64,000 bases of DNA. Source: Stutzerimonas stutzeri (GTDB taxonomy: Bacteria > Pseudomonadota > Gammaproteobacteria > Pseudomonadales > Pseudomonadaceae). Position 1 is the first letter of the stretch. Each line of letters opens with the position of its first letter. Positions 1 through 11,211 of this stretch are shown piece after piece. The notes below the pieces were generated by a model that was given only the letters and a program-made list of their open reading frames with translations, searched no databases and was not told where the DNA came from. The stretch lies in NCBI GenBank assembly GCA_002387205.1, contig DGLA01000001.1, forward strand, positions 77,549 to 141,548, given 5' to 3'. A program made the position numbers and the translations under genes.

Positions 1-656
1 ATGATGGCGAACTCCGAATCGGTCAATCCGCCAGCCTTGTTCAGGACCTCCAGCGGCATGGCCATCTTGCCGACATCATGCAGCAACCCCGCCAACCCGG
101 CCTCGCGAACGGTGTCTTCGTCCAGCTTGAGCTGGCGGCCCAGCGACACCATCAGCGCGCAGACTGCCACCGAGTGCATATAGGTGTATTCGTCCTTGTG
201 CTTGAGCCGCGCCAGGCCGATCAGCGCGGAGCTGTTGCGTGACAGGGAATCGCTGATATCGGCGACGAGCGGCAGGCACCCCTCGACGTTGATGGCGTTA
301 CCCAGCCGGGCTTCGTTGAACAGCTCGGTAATGGCTTTCTTCGATCGGGTCAGTAGCCGCGCTGCGCGTTGTAGCTCGTCACGCGCGCTGCAGCGCGCCG
401 GGGTGGCTGCGGTCGTCGGTCCGGGCTGCGGCACGGGCTCGTCCGATGGGGCAGCGACGGGGCTGCCCGCGACGTCGACGCCTTTGCTGACATCGATCCA
501 GACCCCGCTCAGCCCGCTCTCGCGCAGGCGTACGAGGTCATCGGCGTCTTCTATGACGAATTTGCTCTTCCAGAACGGATGCGAAAGCCAATTGCCTTCG
601 AATCCAGTGATGTACATTCCAGAGCGAACCGCATCAGCGGAGATTTTCTTCAGCAT
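1..656 (-). CDS. HD-GYP domain c-di-GMP phosphodiesterase with N-terminal DUF3391-like domain (3' end runs off the window)
   Basis: Manual minus-strand translation from ATG at 656: MLKKISADAVRSGMYITGFEGNWLSHPFWKSKF...DEYTYMHSVAVCALM...AGLLHDVGKMAMPLEVLNKAGGLTDSEF. Not in the ORF track because it is truncated. Confidence 0.88.
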   Translation of the reverse strand, partial: MLKKISADAVRSGMYITGFEGNWLSHPFWKSKFVIEDADDLVRLRESGLSGVWIDVSKGVDVAGSPVAAPSDEPVPQPGPTTAATPARCSARDELQRAARLLTRSKKAITELFNEARLGNAINVEGCLPLVADISDSLSRNSSALIGLARLKHKDEYTYMHSVAVCALMVSLGRQLKLDEDTVREAGLAGLLHDVGKMAMPLEVLNKAGGLTDSEFAI

Positions 657-877
657 GCACGCCTCGTGACGAACTAACGCAAGGGGTCCGTGACACGCCA
701 GCAGAGCCCCAGTTGTGACACCTGCTTTCCATGCAGCTCAAGCCATCCGATGCAAGCAACGACGGCATCATCGTGCCACTACCGACCATGCCTGTGCATT
801 AGCCAATAGCGCTACGAGACCTTGTCTTCCGACGTACGGCCTGCATTACCATTCGAGTCCCCCATCGCGAGCTGATC

Positions 878-2641
878 ATGCCTGCCCTGCCCAGCCGTTA
901 CCGCGTTACCCTGATCATCACGCTGATCCTCGTCGGCCTGCTGCTGAGCATCTATTGGGCCGGGCGCATCGCCGAACGTCGTGCCTGGGCCGAGCGCAGC
1001 CAGGAAGCCGCGGGCCAGCTCGAACTCTACGCCCAGGCAATCCACACCCAGGTACAGCGCTTCCGCTCGGTGCCGGCGCTGCTGGCGCTGGACAGCGATA
1101 TCCAGGCGCTGCTGAGCAACTTCTCCAGCCAGCCGTTGCGTGACCGGCTCAATCAGCGGCTGGAAGAGCAGAACCAGGCGGCCGGCTCCTCGGTGCTGTA
1201 CCTGCTCGACCGTCATGGCGAAACCCTGGCAGCCAGCAACTGGCGCGACTGGAGCAGCTTTGTCGGCAACAATTACGCGTTCCGCCCCTATTTCATCGAC
1301 GCGGTGAAAAACGACACGGGTCGCTACTTTGCCGTCGGCGTGACCACCGGCATTCCCGGTTATTTCCTTTCCAGCTCGGTAAAGAACGAACGTGGAGAGG
1401 TCATCGGCGTGCTGGTGGTCAAACTTGAGCTCGAAGAGATGCAGCGCGAGTGGGTCGGCCAATCCGGCATCCTGCTCATCTCCGACTCGCTGGACATCGT
1501 GATCCTGACCAACCGCCCGGCGTGGCGCTTCCGTTATCTGCGACCGCTGAGCGATGAGGTTCGTGATCGTCTGGTCGCAGTCCGCCGCTATGCCGAGCAG
1601 AACCTGCAGCCTCTGCCCAGCCGCACCTTGCAACAGGTTGCCGCGAACGGCGAGCGACGCCTGGTCGACGGGCCCGATGGCCGTCGCGACTACCTCTGGC
1701 AGCGTCTGGAGCTACCGGAGGAAGACTGGACCCTGCATCTGCTGCAGGAACCACAGCGGGTCGCCGCCAACGTGCGCAGCTATCGGCTGGCGGCGGGCGG
1801 CGCCTGGATGACGCTGGCGTTCCTGCTCTTGTACCTGGCCCAGCGGCGCAAGACCCGACGTGTCGAGCAGCGCAGCCGCAACGAGCTGGAGCGCCTGGTT
1901 GAAGAGCGCACCCGCGAGCTGAACACCGCCCAGGACGAGCTGGTGCACGCGGCGCGCATGGCCGCCCTGGGGCAGATGTCCGCCGCCCTCGCCCATGAGA
2001 TCAACCAGCCGCTGACCGCCCTGCGCATGCAGCTGGCCAGCCAGCGCCTGTTGCTGGACAGCGGCCGCACCGAGGCCGTACGCGACGGCATCGGCCAGGT
2101 CGAAGGCCTGCTCGAACGCATGGCCGCGCTGACCAGCCATCTGAAAACCTTTGCCCGCAAGAGCCCCGCCGGGCTGCGCCAGCGATTGAGCCTGGCCGAG
2201 GTGCTGGAACAGGCATTGCAACTGCTCGGTCCGCGTATTCGCAGCGAAGGCGTCGAGGTAATCCGTCAGGTGCCGGCTCAGGCCTGGGTCAGCGGCGATG
2301 CCATCCGTCTGGAACAGGTGCTGATCAACCTCCTGACCAATGCGCTGGATGCCATGACAGGTGCCGAACTCCGGCAGCTGCGTATCGACTGCCAGCTGAC
2401 GGACGGCGGCTGGACACTGAGCGTTGCCGACAGCGGTGGTGGCATCGCCGAGGAACATCTGGACCAGGTGTTCGAGCCGTTCTTCACCACCAAGCCGGTC
2501 GGCCGCGGGCTCGGGCTGGGTCTGGCGGTGTCCTATGGAATCGTCCGCGATCTGGGCGGCAGTCTCCAGGTGCACAACGATGCACTGGGCGCCGTGTTCG
2601 AGCTGCATCTGCCTGCGGCCGAAGCGCTCGCTGGCGAGTAG
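878..2641 (+). CDS. dctB: DctB-family dicarboxylate sensor histidine kinase
   Basis: Two TM segments flank a Cache-type domain ([13 protein letters not shown]); H-box [10 protein letters not shown]-box [15 protein letters not shown]-boxes. May be the MifS-type paralog. Confidence 0.85.
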   Translation: MPALPSRYRVTLIITLILVGLLLSIYWAGRIAERRAWAERSQEAAGQLELYAQAIHTQVQRFRSVPALLALDSDIQALLSNFSSQPLRDRLNQRLEEQNQAAGSSVLYLLDRHGETLAASNWRDWSSFVGNNYAFRPYFIDAVKNDTGRYFAVGVTTGIPGYFLSSSVKNERGEVIGVLVVKLELEEMQREWVGQSGILLISDSLDIVILTNRPAWRFRYLRPLSDEVRDRLVAVRRYAEQNLQPLPSRTLQQVAANGERRLVDGPDGRRDYLWQRLELPEEDWTLHLLQEPQRVAANVRSYRLAAGGAWMTLAFLLLYLAQRRKTRRVEQRSRNELERLVEERTRELNTAQDELVHAARMAALGQMSAALAHEINQPLTALRMQLASQRLLLDSGRTEAVRDGIGQVEGLLERMAALTSHLKTFARKSPAGLRQRLSLAEVLEQALQLLGPRIRSEGVEVIRQVPAQAWVSGDAIRLEQVLINLLTNALDAMTGAELRQLRIDCQLTDGGWTLSVADSGGGIAEEHLDQVFEPFFTTKPVGRGLGLGLAVSYGIVRDLGGSLQVHNDALGAVFELHLPAAEALAGE

Positions 2642-2668
2642 ACTGACAACTCGCAAGAGAGGTGAGAC

Positions 2669-4021
2669 ATGAGCGGTCAGGTGATTTTCATCGATGACGA
2701 AGCAGCGATCCGCCAGGCGGTGCAGCAATGGCTCGAACTGTCCGGCTTCAGCGTACGGACCTGCGCACGCGCCCACGAAGCGCTGGCGATCGTCGACCGC
2801 GGCTTTCCCGGCGTGCTGATCAGCGACGTGCGGATGCCGGACCTCGACGGCCTCGGCCTGCTGGAGAAGCTGGTGGCGCTGGACCCGGAGCTGCCAGTGA
2901 TCATGGTCACCGGCCACGGCGATGTGCCGATGGCGGTCCAGGCGCTGCGCCAGGGCGCCTACGACTTCATCGAGAAACCCTTCACCCCCGAACGCCTGCT
3001 CGACAGCGTTCGACGTGCCCAGGACAAGCGCCGGCTGGTCTGCGAGAACCGCCAGCTGCGCGAGCAGTTCACCCGCAAGGGGCGCATCGAGTCGATGCTG
3101 CTGGGCGTCTCGCGCGCCATGGAAAACCTGCGCCGTCAGGTGCTGGAGCTGGCGGGCACGGACGTCAACGTACTGATCCGCGGTGACACCGGCAGCGGCA
3201 AGGAGCAGGTGGCGCGCTGCCTGCACGACTTCAGCCCGCGTGCGACCAAGGCCTTCGTCGCGCTGAATTGCGCAGCCATTCCGGAAACCATCTTCGAAAG
3301 CGAGCTGTTCGGCCACGAGAGCGGCGCCTTCACCGGCGCCCAGGGCAAACGCATCGGCCGTATCGAGCACGCCGACGGCGGCACGCTGTTTCTGGACGAG
3401 ATCGAAAGCATGCCACTGGCCCAGCAGGTCAAGCTGCTGCGCGTGTTGCAGGAAAAAACCCTGGAGCGACTGGGCTCGAACCGCAGCATAGAGGTCGACC
3501 TGCGGGTGATCAGCGCGGCCAAGCCGGACCTGCTAGAAGAGGTACGCGGCGGGCGCTTCCGCGAGGACCTGCTGTACCGCCTGAACGTCGCCGAACTGCA
3601 CATCCCGCCCCTGCGCGACCGCCGCGAAGACATCCCGCTGCTGTTCGATCACTTCGCCAGCCAGGCCGCCCAGCGCCACGGTCGGGACCCGGTCCCCGCC
3701 AGCCCGGGCGAACTGTCGCAGCTGCTCAGCCACGACTGGCCCGGCAATATCCGTGAATTGATCAACGCCGCCGAACGTCACGCCCTGGGCCTGACGCCGC
3801 CCCCGGCCGCCACGGCTCCCACTGCGCTCACCGGCACGTCCCTGGCCGACCAGATGGAAGCCTTCGAAGCCCAGTGCCTGCACAACGCCCTGCAACAGCA
3901 CAAAGGCAACATCAGCGAGGTGATGGCGCAACTGCAGCTCCCGCGCCGCACCCTCAACGAAAAGATGCAACGCCACGGGCTCAGCCGCAGCGATTATCTG
4001 CCTGCGGGCAGCAGCGACTGA
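2669..4021 (+). CDS. dctD: Sigma-54-dependent response regulator, DctD family
   Basis: Receiver domain (SDVRMP), AAA+ Walker A GDTGSGKE, ESELFGHESGAFTGA, C-terminal HTH. Confidence 0.87.
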   Translation: MSGQVIFIDDEAAIRQAVQQWLELSGFSVRTCARAHEALAIVDRGFPGVLISDVRMPDLDGLGLLEKLVALDPELPVIMVTGHGDVPMAVQALRQGAYDFIEKPFTPERLLDSVRRAQDKRRLVCENRQLREQFTRKGRIESMLLGVSRAMENLRRQVLELAGTDVNVLIRGDTGSGKEQVARCLHDFSPRATKAFVALNCAAIPETIFESELFGHESGAFTGAQGKRIGRIEHADGGTLFLDEIESMPLAQQVKLLRVLQEKTLERLGSNRSIEVDLRVISAAKPDLLEEVRGGRFREDLLYRLNVAELHIPPLRDRREDIPLLFDHFASQAAQRHGRDPVPASPGELSQLLSHDWPGNIRELINAAERHALGLTPPPAATAPTALTGTSLADQMEAFEAQCLHNALQQHKGNISEVMAQLQLPRRTLNEKMQRHGLSRSDYLPAGSSD

Positions 4022-4203
4022 TCTCGACGCGACGTCTGGGTAGGCGCAAGTCTGTTCGCCAATTCGTTTCCTTTCGCCCGGCTACGACAGCATGGGTCTG
4101 GGCAGATGGAGTTTGACCAATCCGCGCAAGGAGCTGCGCAGGCAACCGTCGGTCGCGCCTTATGCACGATGCCCTTGACCTCCGTGCGTGTTCTGCGGTC
4201 TCC

Positions 4204-4217
4204 TGAAACCGGTTTCA
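4204..4217. promoter_or_regulatory. PtxS operator palindrome upstream of ptxS
   Basis: Perfect palindrome TGAAACCGGTTTCA, the known PtxS site. Confidence 0.9.
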
Positions 4218-4254
4218 AAGCAAAACAACAACTCTAATAAGTAGGTTTCAATCC

Positions 4255-5280
4255 GTGAATTCCTTCTCCGCCGCCCAGCGCAGCCGCGTGACCATGCTTG
4301 ATGTCGCCGAGCGCGCCGGGGTGTCCAAGGCCAGCGTCTCGCGCTTCATCGGCGAAGACCGCGCCCTGCTCTCCGATGCCATCGCGCGGCGCATCGAGCA
4401 GGCGATCGCCGAGCTGGGCTACCGCCCGAACCAGATGGCCCGTGGCCTCAAGCGCGGCCGCACACGCCTGATCGGCATGCTCGTGGCCGACATTCGCAAC
4501 CCCTATTCGATCGCCGTGATGCATGGCGTGGAAACCGCCTGCCGGCGCCACGGCTACAGCCTGGTGGTATGCAACACCGACCGCGACGACGAGCAGGAAC
4601 GCCAGCATCTGGCGCTGCTGCGCGCCTACAACATCGAAGGCCTGATCGTGAACACCCTCGGCCACCACCGCGACGAGCTGCTGGAGCTGCGCCGGGAAAT
4701 GCCCATGGTGCTGGTGGACCGCAAGGTCGACCGACTCGAAAGCGACCTGGTGGGGCTGGACAATCCGGCTGCCGTCGGGATGGCCCTTGATCACCTCCTG
4801 GCTCGGGGCTACCGCGATCTATTGCTGGTAACCGAACCATTCGACGGCACCAGCTCACGGATCGAGCGGGTCGAGAGCTTCAGGGCGGGGATAGAGCTAC
4901 GCCCTGCACTAACCGGCACCGTGGCAGAGACCTGCGACATGCTGGCTATGCGTATCGGAGAGTTCCTGGGCCGGCCGGATCATGGCCCCAAAGCGCTGTT
5001 CTGCGCCAATGGCATTGCCGCGCTGGCTGCCACTCGGGTCTTGCGCGAGTTGGGCTGTCACCTGTTCGACGATGTCGGCCTGATCGCCCTTGACGATCTG
5101 GACTGGTACCCCTTGGTGGGAAGCGGCATCAGCGCCCTGGCGCAGCCCACGACCGAGATCGGCGCCAGCGCATTCGAGTGTCTGCTCAAGCGTCTGCGCG
5201 GCGACAGCGGCCCCGTGCGGATCCTGAATTTCGCGGCGCAGTTGATCGAGCGCGGATCGACGCGCGGCAGTGCTCAGTAA
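4255..5280 (+). CDS. ptxS: LacI-family 2-ketogluconate repressor PtxS
   Basis: HTH VTMLDVAERAGVSKASVSR; precedes kguEKTD; operators on both sides. Confidence 0.92.
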   Translation: MNSFSAAQRSRVTMLDVAERAGVSKASVSRFIGEDRALLSDAIARRIEQAIAELGYRPNQMARGLKRGRTRLIGMLVADIRNPYSIAVMHGVETACRRHGYSLVVCNTDRDDEQERQHLALLRAYNIEGLIVNTLGHHRDELLELRREMPMVLVDRKVDRLESDLVGLDNPAAVGMALDHLLARGYRDLLLVTEPFDGTSSRIERVESFRAGIELRPALTGTVAETCDMLAMRIGEFLGRPDHGPKALFCANGIAALAATRVLRELGCHLFDDVGLIALDDLDWYPLVGSGISALAQPTTEIGASAFECLLKRLRGDSGPVRILNFAAQLIERGSTRGSAQ

Positions 5281-5339
5281 CGGGCGGAGGCCTCTCGCAA
5301 CGGGTCAGTAAACGCGTTGCGGTTTTTTTTGCATAAGAC

Positions 5340-5353
5340 TGAAACCGGTTTCA
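5340..5353. promoter_or_regulatory. Second PtxS operator upstream of kguE
   Basis: TGAAACCGGTTTCA immediately before the kguE RBS. Confidence 0.9.
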
Positions 5354-5366
5354 GAGGAGAACAACA

Positions 5367-6149
5367 ATGAACAATCCACCTATCTCGATCAGCCTATCCA
5401 GCTACGGCGCCGACCTGGTGCGCGAGCGAGGCCAAGGCAGCTTCGTTGAGCTGCTGGCGGCCGCCGGCGCCTCGCGGATCGAGTGGCGCGAAGAGCTGCT
5501 CACCACCGAATGCGCGGCCGATCTTTCCGCCGACGCCCGGATCAATGGGTTGCAAAGTATCTTTTCGTCGCCATTGGAGCTGTGGCTCGACGGCCAATCC
5601 GGGCCCAATCCCGCCCTGCTACCTGCACTGCGACGCGCCGAAACCTTTGGTTCGACATGGCTGAAGGTCTCCCTGGGCCATTTCACAGAGACACATGACC
5701 TGCGAGCCCTGGCCGAAGCGCTGACCGACAGCCCGGTCCAACTGCTGGTAGAGAACGATCAGACCGTACAGGGCGGACGGATTGAGCCTCTGCAGCGCTT
5801 CTTTCGGGCTGTCGAGCAGCATGGATTACCCATCGGCATGACATTCGACATCGGCAATTGGCACTGGCAGGAGCAGTCGGCATCCGCCGCGGCGCGGCAG
5901 CTCGGGCGGCACGTGGCGTACGTGCATTGCAAGGCGGTGACTCGGCGCGCTGACGGCAAGCTTGTCGCCGTGCCGCCGGCCATGGCGGATCTGCCACTGT
6001 GGGAGCAGTTGCTCGAGCAGATGCCGGCCGGCGTGATGCGCGCGGCCGAATACCCGCTGCAGGGCGATGACCTGCTGCAACTGACCTCTGAACACGTCGC
6101 CCTCCTGTCCCGCCTCGGGCAGCCGCACCAGGAGCCTGCCCATGTATGA
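5367..6149 (+). CDS. kguE: KguE sugar phosphate isomerase/epimerase (TIM barrel)
   Basis: [21 protein letters not shown] motifs; operon position. Confidence 0.87.
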   Translation: MNNPPISISLSSYGADLVRERGQGSFVELLAAAGASRIEWREELLTTECAADLSADARINGLQSIFSSPLELWLDGQSGPNPALLPALRRAETFGSTWLKVSLGHFTETHDLRALAEALTDSPVQLLVENDQTVQGGRIEPLQRFFRAVEQHGLPIGMTFDIGNWHWQEQSASAAARQLGRHVAYVHCKAVTRRADGKLVAVPPAMADLPLWEQLLEQMPAGVMRAAEYPLQGDDLLQLTSEHVALLSRLGQPHQEPAHV

Positions 6150-7149
6150 GTTCGATGTGTTGTCGTTCGGCGAAACCATGGCGATGCTGGTAGCTGAGCA
6201 GAGCGGCGACCTCGCCAGCGTCGAGCGGTTTCACAAGCGCATTGCCGGTGCCGACAGCAACGTTGCCATCGGCTTGTCGCGGCTGGGCTTCAAGGTGGCC
6301 TGGTTGAGCCGGGTCGGCGCCGATTCCCTTGGTCGCTTTGTGGTACAGACGCTGGAAAACGAAGGCCTGGATTGTCGCCACGTGGCGGTCGACGCGGCCC
6401 ACCCCACCGGGTTTCAGTTCAAGTCCCGCAGCGACGATGGCAGCGACCCGCAAGTCGAATATTTCCGCCGCGGCTCTGCGGCCAGCCAACTGTCGACCGA
6501 ATCCATCGCTCCTGCGCTGCTTGGTGCTCGTCACCTGCATGCCACCGGCATCGTGCCAGCCCTATCGGTCACTGCCCGGGAGATGTCCTTTGAACTGATG
6601 ACCCGCATGCGCGATGCCGGCCGCAGCCTGTCGTTCGACCCCAATCTCCGACCAGGCCTGTGGAACAGCGAATCCACAATGATCCGCGAAATCAATCGCC
6701 TCGCCGCGCTTGCCCACTGGGTCTTGCCGGGGCTCTGTGAAGGCCGGTTGTTGACCGGCTTGGACGACCCGGCCGACATCGCCGCGTTCTATCTGGATCA
6801 GGGAGTCGAGGCGGTGGTGATCAAGCTCGGCGCAAGCGGTGCTTACTACCGTACGCAGCTGGACCAGGGCTTCGCCCCCGGTGTTCCCGATGTGCAGGTG
6901 GTGGATACCGTGGGCGCCGGTGATGGTTTTGCCGTCGGCCTGATCAGTGCGCTGCTGGAAAACCTCAGCCTTCACGATGCGGTGCAGCGCGCCAACTGGA
7001 TCGGCAGCCGCGCGGTACAGAACCGTGGGGACATGGAGGGTTTGCCGACCCGGCGTGAATTATCAGCCGAAGTCAGAGACCTCGATAGCGGGCAGACCAG
7101 TCCTCCCGATGGGCTCAAGTCGAAGAATCCGCGCTCGATCAAGGCCTGA
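6142..7149 (+). CDS. kguK: 2-dehydrogluconokinase (PfkB family)
   Basis: [15 protein letters not shown] and DTVGAGDGF PfkB signatures. Confidence 0.9.
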   Translation: MYEFDVLSFGETMAMLVAEQSGDLASVERFHKRIAGADSNVAIGLSRLGFKVAWLSRVGADSLGRFVVQTLENEGLDCRHVAVDAAHPTGFQFKSRSDDGSDPQVEYFRRGSAASQLSTESIAPALLGARHLHATGIVPALSVTAREMSFELMTRMRDAGRSLSFDPNLRPGLWNSESTMIREINRLAALAHWVLPGLCEGRLLTGLDDPADIAAFYLDQGVEAVVIKLGASGAYYRTQLDQGFAPGVPDVQVVDTVGAGDGFAVGLISALLENLSLHDAVQRANWIGSRAVQNRGDMEGLPTRRELSAEVRDLDSGQTSPPDGLKSKNPRSIKA

Positions 7150-7204
7150 CACGACGCACTAATGCTCTCGCTGCAACAAAAACAACAAGCTCAGGAGTCA
7201 AGAC

Positions 7205-8503
7205 ATGCAAACGCGAAACCTTGCCACCCGCCGCTGGTGGTACATCATGCCCATCGTATTCATCACCTACAGCCTGGCCTATCTGGACCGGGCCAACTAC
7301 GGGTTCGCCGCCGCCTCGGGTATGGCCGAGGACCTGATGATCACCCCAGGAATGTCATCACTGCTTGGTGCGCTGTTCTTTCTCGGCTACTTCTTTTTCC
7401 AGGTACCGGGCGCGATTTACGCGCAGAAACGCAGCGTGAAGAAGCTGATCTTCGTCAGCCTGATCCTCTGGGGCTCGTTGGCGACCCTGACGGGCATGGT
7501 TTCCAACGCCTATTGGCTGATCGTGATCCGCTTCATGCTAGGGGTGGTCGAAGCCGCGGTGATGCCAGCCATGCTGGTGTATCTGTGTCATTGGTTCACC
7601 CGCGCCGAACGCTCGCGCGCCAACACCTTTTTGATTCTCGGTAATCCGGTGACCATGCTTTGGATGTCGGTGGTGTCGGGTTATCTGGTGGAGCAGTTCG
7701 ACTGGCGCTGGATGTTCATCATCGAAGGGCTGCCCGCCGTGTTCTGGGCTTTCATCTGGTGGCGTCTGGCCGACGATCGCCCGGCCCAGGCCAAGTGGCT
7801 CAACGACCAGGAAAAACAAGACCTGGAAAGCGCATTGGCTGCCGAGCAGGTCGGCATCAAGGCGGTGAAGAACTATGCCGAGGCGTTCCGCTCGCCGAAG
7901 GTGATCATCCTGGCGTTGCAGTTCTTCTGCTGGAGCATCGGCGTGTATGGCTTCGTGCTGTGGCTGCCCTCGATCCTCAAGGCCGGTCAGGAGATGGACA
8001 TGGTCGAGGCCGGCTGGCTGTCAGCGCTGCCCTATCTGGCGGCGGTGATCGCTATGCTGCTGGTGTCCTGGGCGTCGGACAAGGTGCAAAAACGCAAGCG
8101 CTTCGTCTGGCCGCCGCTGCTGATCGCTTCCATCGCGTTCTATGCTTCATACCTGCTGGGCGCCGAGCATTTCTGGTGGTCTTACAGCCTGCTGGTAATC
8201 GCTGGCGCCTGCATGTACGCACCGTACGGACCGTTTTTCGCCATCGTGCCGGAAATCCTCCCGGCGAACGTTGCCGGTGGCGCCATGGCGCTGATCAACA
8301 GCATGGGCGCGCTGGGTTCGTTTGGCGGCTCGTACTTGGTGGGCTACCTCAATGGTTCCACCGGCTCGCCCGGCATGTCTTTCCTGTTGATGAGTGGTGC
8401 GCTACTCCTGTCGGTGTTGCTGACCCTGGCGCTCAAGCCCGGCGCCAGCGACCGGACCCGACCTGCAACCGCGAAGCCCTATCCGGCCACTGCGCGCCCC
8501 TGA
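7205..8503 (+). CDS. kguT: 2-ketogluconate MFS transporter
   Basis: ACS-type MFS (LAYLDRANYGFA), about 12 TM segments. Confidence 0.88.
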   Translation: MQTRNLATRRWWYIMPIVFITYSLAYLDRANYGFAAASGMAEDLMITPGMSSLLGALFFLGYFFFQVPGAIYAQKRSVKKLIFVSLILWGSLATLTGMVSNAYWLIVIRFMLGVVEAAVMPAMLVYLCHWFTRAERSRANTFLILGNPVTMLWMSVVSGYLVEQFDWRWMFIIEGLPAVFWAFIWWRLADDRPAQAKWLNDQEKQDLESALAAEQVGIKAVKNYAEAFRSPKVIILALQFFCWSIGVYGFVLWLPSILKAGQEMDMVEAGWLSALPYLAAVIAMLLVSWASDKVQKRKRFVWPPLLIASIAFYASYLLGAEHFWWSYSLLVIAGACMYAPYGPFFAIVPEILPANVAGGAMALINSMGALGSFGGSYLVGYLNGSTGSPGMSFLLMSGALLLSVLLTLALKPGASDRTRPATAKPYPATARP

Positions 8504-8517
8504 ATCGAGACCCACTC

Positions 8518-9495
8518 ATGAAAAAGCACATTGTGTTGTACAAGGCCCTGTCCGCTCCACTGATGGCTCGTCTGCAAGCGCAGGCCGAGGTCACGCTCAT
8601 CGAACGCCTCGATGCGCAGGGCCTGGCGCAACTGCGTGATGCCCTGCCAACCGCCCATGGTCTATTGGGCGCAAGCCTTAGACTGGATGCTGCGTTGCTG
8701 GATTTGGCGCCGAAGCTGCAAGCCATTGCCAGCGTTTCGGTTGGAGTCGACAACTACGACATCGAGTACCTGACCAGCCGCCAGATCTTGCTCAGCAACA
8801 CACCGGACGTCCTGACCGAAACCACCGCTGACACCGGGTTTGCGCTGATCCTTGCGACAGCCCGCCGGGTGGTGGAGCTGGCGAACATGGTCCGCACCGG
8901 TCAGTGGCAACAAAGCATTGGCCCTGCCCATTTCGGTACGGACGTCCACGGCAAGACGCTGGGCATCATCGGCATGGGCCGCATCGGTGAAGCCCTGGCA
9001 CAGCGCGGGCACTTGGGCTTTGGCATGCCGGTGATCTACCACAGCCATTCACCCAAACCGTTGGTCGAGCAGCGTTTCGCTGCACGTTACTGCAGCCTCG
9101 AAATGCTTTTGCAGCAGGCAGATTTCATCTGCCTGACACTGCCGCTGACGACCGACACCAACGGACTCATCGGTACTCAGGCGTTCACCCAGATGCGCCC
9201 CGAGAGCATCTTCATCAACATCTCCCGGGGCAAGGTGGTGGATGAAGCGGCGCTGATCGAAGCCCTGCGCCACAGCCGGATTCGTGGGGCAGGGTTGGAT
9301 GTGTTCGAGCATGAACCCCTGAGCGCGGATTCGCCGTTGTTGCAGATGGATAACGTGGTGGCGACACCGCATATGGGCTCCGCCACCCATGAGACGCGCG
9401 AGGCGATGGCGCGCTGCGCGGTGGACAACATGCTCACCGCCTTGGCGGGTGAGCGGCCAGTGAACCTGGTGAACCCGGAGGCCTGGCAAGGCTGA
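8518..9495 (+). CDS. kguD: 2-keto-6-phosphogluconate reductase (D-2-hydroxyacid dehydrogenase)
   Basis: Start MKKHIVLY at 8518; GIIGMGRIG, NISRG, LDVFEHEP, TPHMGSAT. Confidence 0.9.
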   Translation: MKKHIVLYKALSAPLMARLQAQAEVTLIERLDAQGLAQLRDALPTAHGLLGASLRLDAALLDLAPKLQAIASVSVGVDNYDIEYLTSRQILLSNTPDVLTETTADTGFALILATARRVVELANMVRTGQWQQSIGPAHFGTDVHGKTLGIIGMGRIGEALAQRGHLGFGMPVIYHSHSPKPLVEQRFAARYCSLEMLLQQADFICLTLPLTTDTNGLIGTQAFTQMRPESIFINISRGKVVDEAALIEALRHSRIRGAGLDVFEHEPLSADSPLLQMDNVVATPHMGSATHETREAMARCAVDNMLTALAGERPVNLVNPEAWQG

Positions 9496-9521
9496 GTCAT
9501 GTGCCACGGAGAATGTTCCCG

Positions 9522-10769
9522 TCAACCCGTCCCGCCCATTTCATCCAGCCGCCGTTGCATAAACCTCCGCTCCGGCTCCAGCTGCGCCAGGGATATAGCG
9601 AGCTGATACGCAGCCCTTGCCTCGTCCACCCGTCCGAGGCGGCGGCAGAAATCGGCGTGGGCGGCGTGCAGCAGGTGGTATTCAGGCAGCTCGCCGCGCG
9701 CCAGCAGCTCATCCGTGACCGCCAATCCGGCGGCAGGCCCATCGCGCATGGCCAAGGCCACGGCGCGGTTGAGCTCGACCACCGGCGACGGGGTGGCATG
9801 CAGCAGCAGGTCATAGAGGCGCACGATCTGCGCCCAGTCGGTTTGTTCGGCGCTGGGGGCTTGCGCGTGCACGGCCACGATGGCGGCCTGCAGCGTGTAG
9901 GCGCCGAATCGCCTCGTCCCGAGCGCGCGCTGCACCAGGGCGATGCCTTCGGCGATTTCAGCCCTGTCCCAGCGGCTGCGATCCTGCTCGTCCAGCCGCA
10001 CCAGATCGCCGGCCGCATCGAGGCGCGCAGCCCGCCGGCTGTCGTGCAGCAGCATCAGCGCAAGCAGTCCCGCCACCTCCGGGTCCGGCAGCAATTCGAG
10101 CAGCAGCCTGCCCAGGCGAATCGCTTCGGCGCTGAGGTCGGCGCGGGTCAGTTCGGGGCCGCTCGAGGCCGAATAGCCTTCATTGAAGACCAGGTAGATC
10201 ACCCGCAGGACGCTGTCCAGCCGCGCCGGCAGCTCGTCGCGTGACGGTACGTGGTAGGGCAACTTCGCCTCGCGAATCTTCGCCTTGGCGCGGACGATGC
10301 GCTGCGCCACGGTCGCCGGCGCGGCCAGGAAGGCCCGTGCGATCTGCTCGGTGGTCAGGTCGCAGACTTCGCGCAGGGTCAGCGCCACGCGGGCGTCCGG
10401 CTGCAGCGCCGGGTGGCTGCAGGTGAATATCAGTCGCAGACGGTCGTCTTCCATCTCGTCCACCTCCGCGGCGTCTGGCGTGCTTTCCAGTTGCTCGGCC
10501 AGCAACCGCAGCGACGCATCGAAACGTGCGCGGCGGCGCAGCCCATCGATGGCCTTGAAGCGCCCGGCGGACACCAGCCAGGCGCGCGGATTGTCCGGCA
10601 CGCCTTCGCGCGGCCACTGCTGCACCGCGGCGGCGAAGGCATCGTGTAGCGCCTCTTCGGCCCGATCGAAATCGCCGAGCAGGCGAATCAGCGTCGCCAG
10701 GACACGACGCGACTCCTGTCGATAGATGGCTTCGATCCGCCCGGCCAGCGGGCTGGCGTAACCGGGCAT
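9522..10769 (-). CDS. ECF sigma-70 factor with long C-terminal TPR-like extension (ECF42 type)
   Basis: Sigma2/sigma4 regions, DDRLRLIFTCSHPAL, YLVFNEGY; adjacent DGPF gene. Confidence 0.87.
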   Translation of the reverse strand: MPGYASPLAGRIEAIYRQESRRVLATLIRLLGDFDRAEEALHDAFAAAVQQWPREGVPDNPRAWLVSAGRFKAIDGLRRRARFDASLRLLAEQLESTPDAAEVDEMEDDRLRLIFTCSHPALQPDARVALTLREVCDLTTEQIARAFLAAPATVAQRIVRAKAKIREAKLPYHVPSRDELPARLDSVLRVIYLVFNEGYSASSGPELTRADLSAEAIRLGRLLLELLPDPEVAGLLALMLLHDSRRAARLDAAGDLVRLDEQDRSRWDRAEIAEGIALVQRALGTRRFGAYTLQAAIVAVHAQAPSAEQTDWAQIVRLYDLLLHATPSPVVELNRAVALAMRDGPAAGLAVTDELLARGELPEYHLLHAAHADFCRRLGRVDEARAAYQLAISLAQLEPERRFMQRRLDEMGGTG

Positions 10770-10770
10770 G

Positions 10771-11127
10771 CTAACGCTGTGGCAACTGCCGCAACGGCCG
10801 CACTTCGATGCTGCCGAAGCTGGCCGGCGGAATCGTCGCGGCGATGGCCTCGGCTTCGGCCTGATCGGCCGCTTCGATCAGGTAAAAGCCGGCCAGTTGC
10901 TCGCGCGTTTCGGCGAAGGGCCCATCGACGACCGATGCGGTGCCCTCGCGCACCCTGACCGTGCGGGCGGTTCGCACCGATTGCAGCGGCTCGCCGGCGA
11001 GCATATGCCCACTGGCACGCAGGCGCTCGCCGCAGGCCAGGCAGCGCGCGACCAGTGCCTGCCACTGCTCGTCGGTCATCGCGTCCACAAGCTGCTCGTC
11101 GTAATAGATCAGGCACAGGTATTTCAT
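10771..11127 (-). CDS. YciI/DGPF-family protein
   Basis: VVDGPFAETREQLAGFYLIEA motif. Confidence 0.9.
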   Translation of the reverse strand: MKYLCLIYYDEQLVDAMTDEQWQALVARCLACGERLRASGHMLAGEPLQSVRTARTVRVREGTASVVDGPFAETREQLAGFYLIEAADQAEAEAIAATIPPASFGSIEVRPLRQLPQR

Positions 11128-11211
11128 GGCGGGGCTCCGTCTGCCGGTAACCCAGCAACGCTAGCAGCGACCAGCGCTCCCTGCCCCACCAAGCGACGAA
11201 CGCTCAGCGCC

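Noticed and set aside
1712..3370. 552-aa minus-strand ORF, and similar long ORFs at 19284-20843, 24268-25728, 27467-29566, 41208-43013 and 48473-50278
   Set aside because: Antisense shadows of well-supported genes, expected in high-GC3 DNA; no recognisable motifs.
7660..8517. Apparent 611-aa fusion ORF ending in kguD
   Set aside because: The extension overlaps kguT in another frame; the dehydrogenase starts at ATG 8518.
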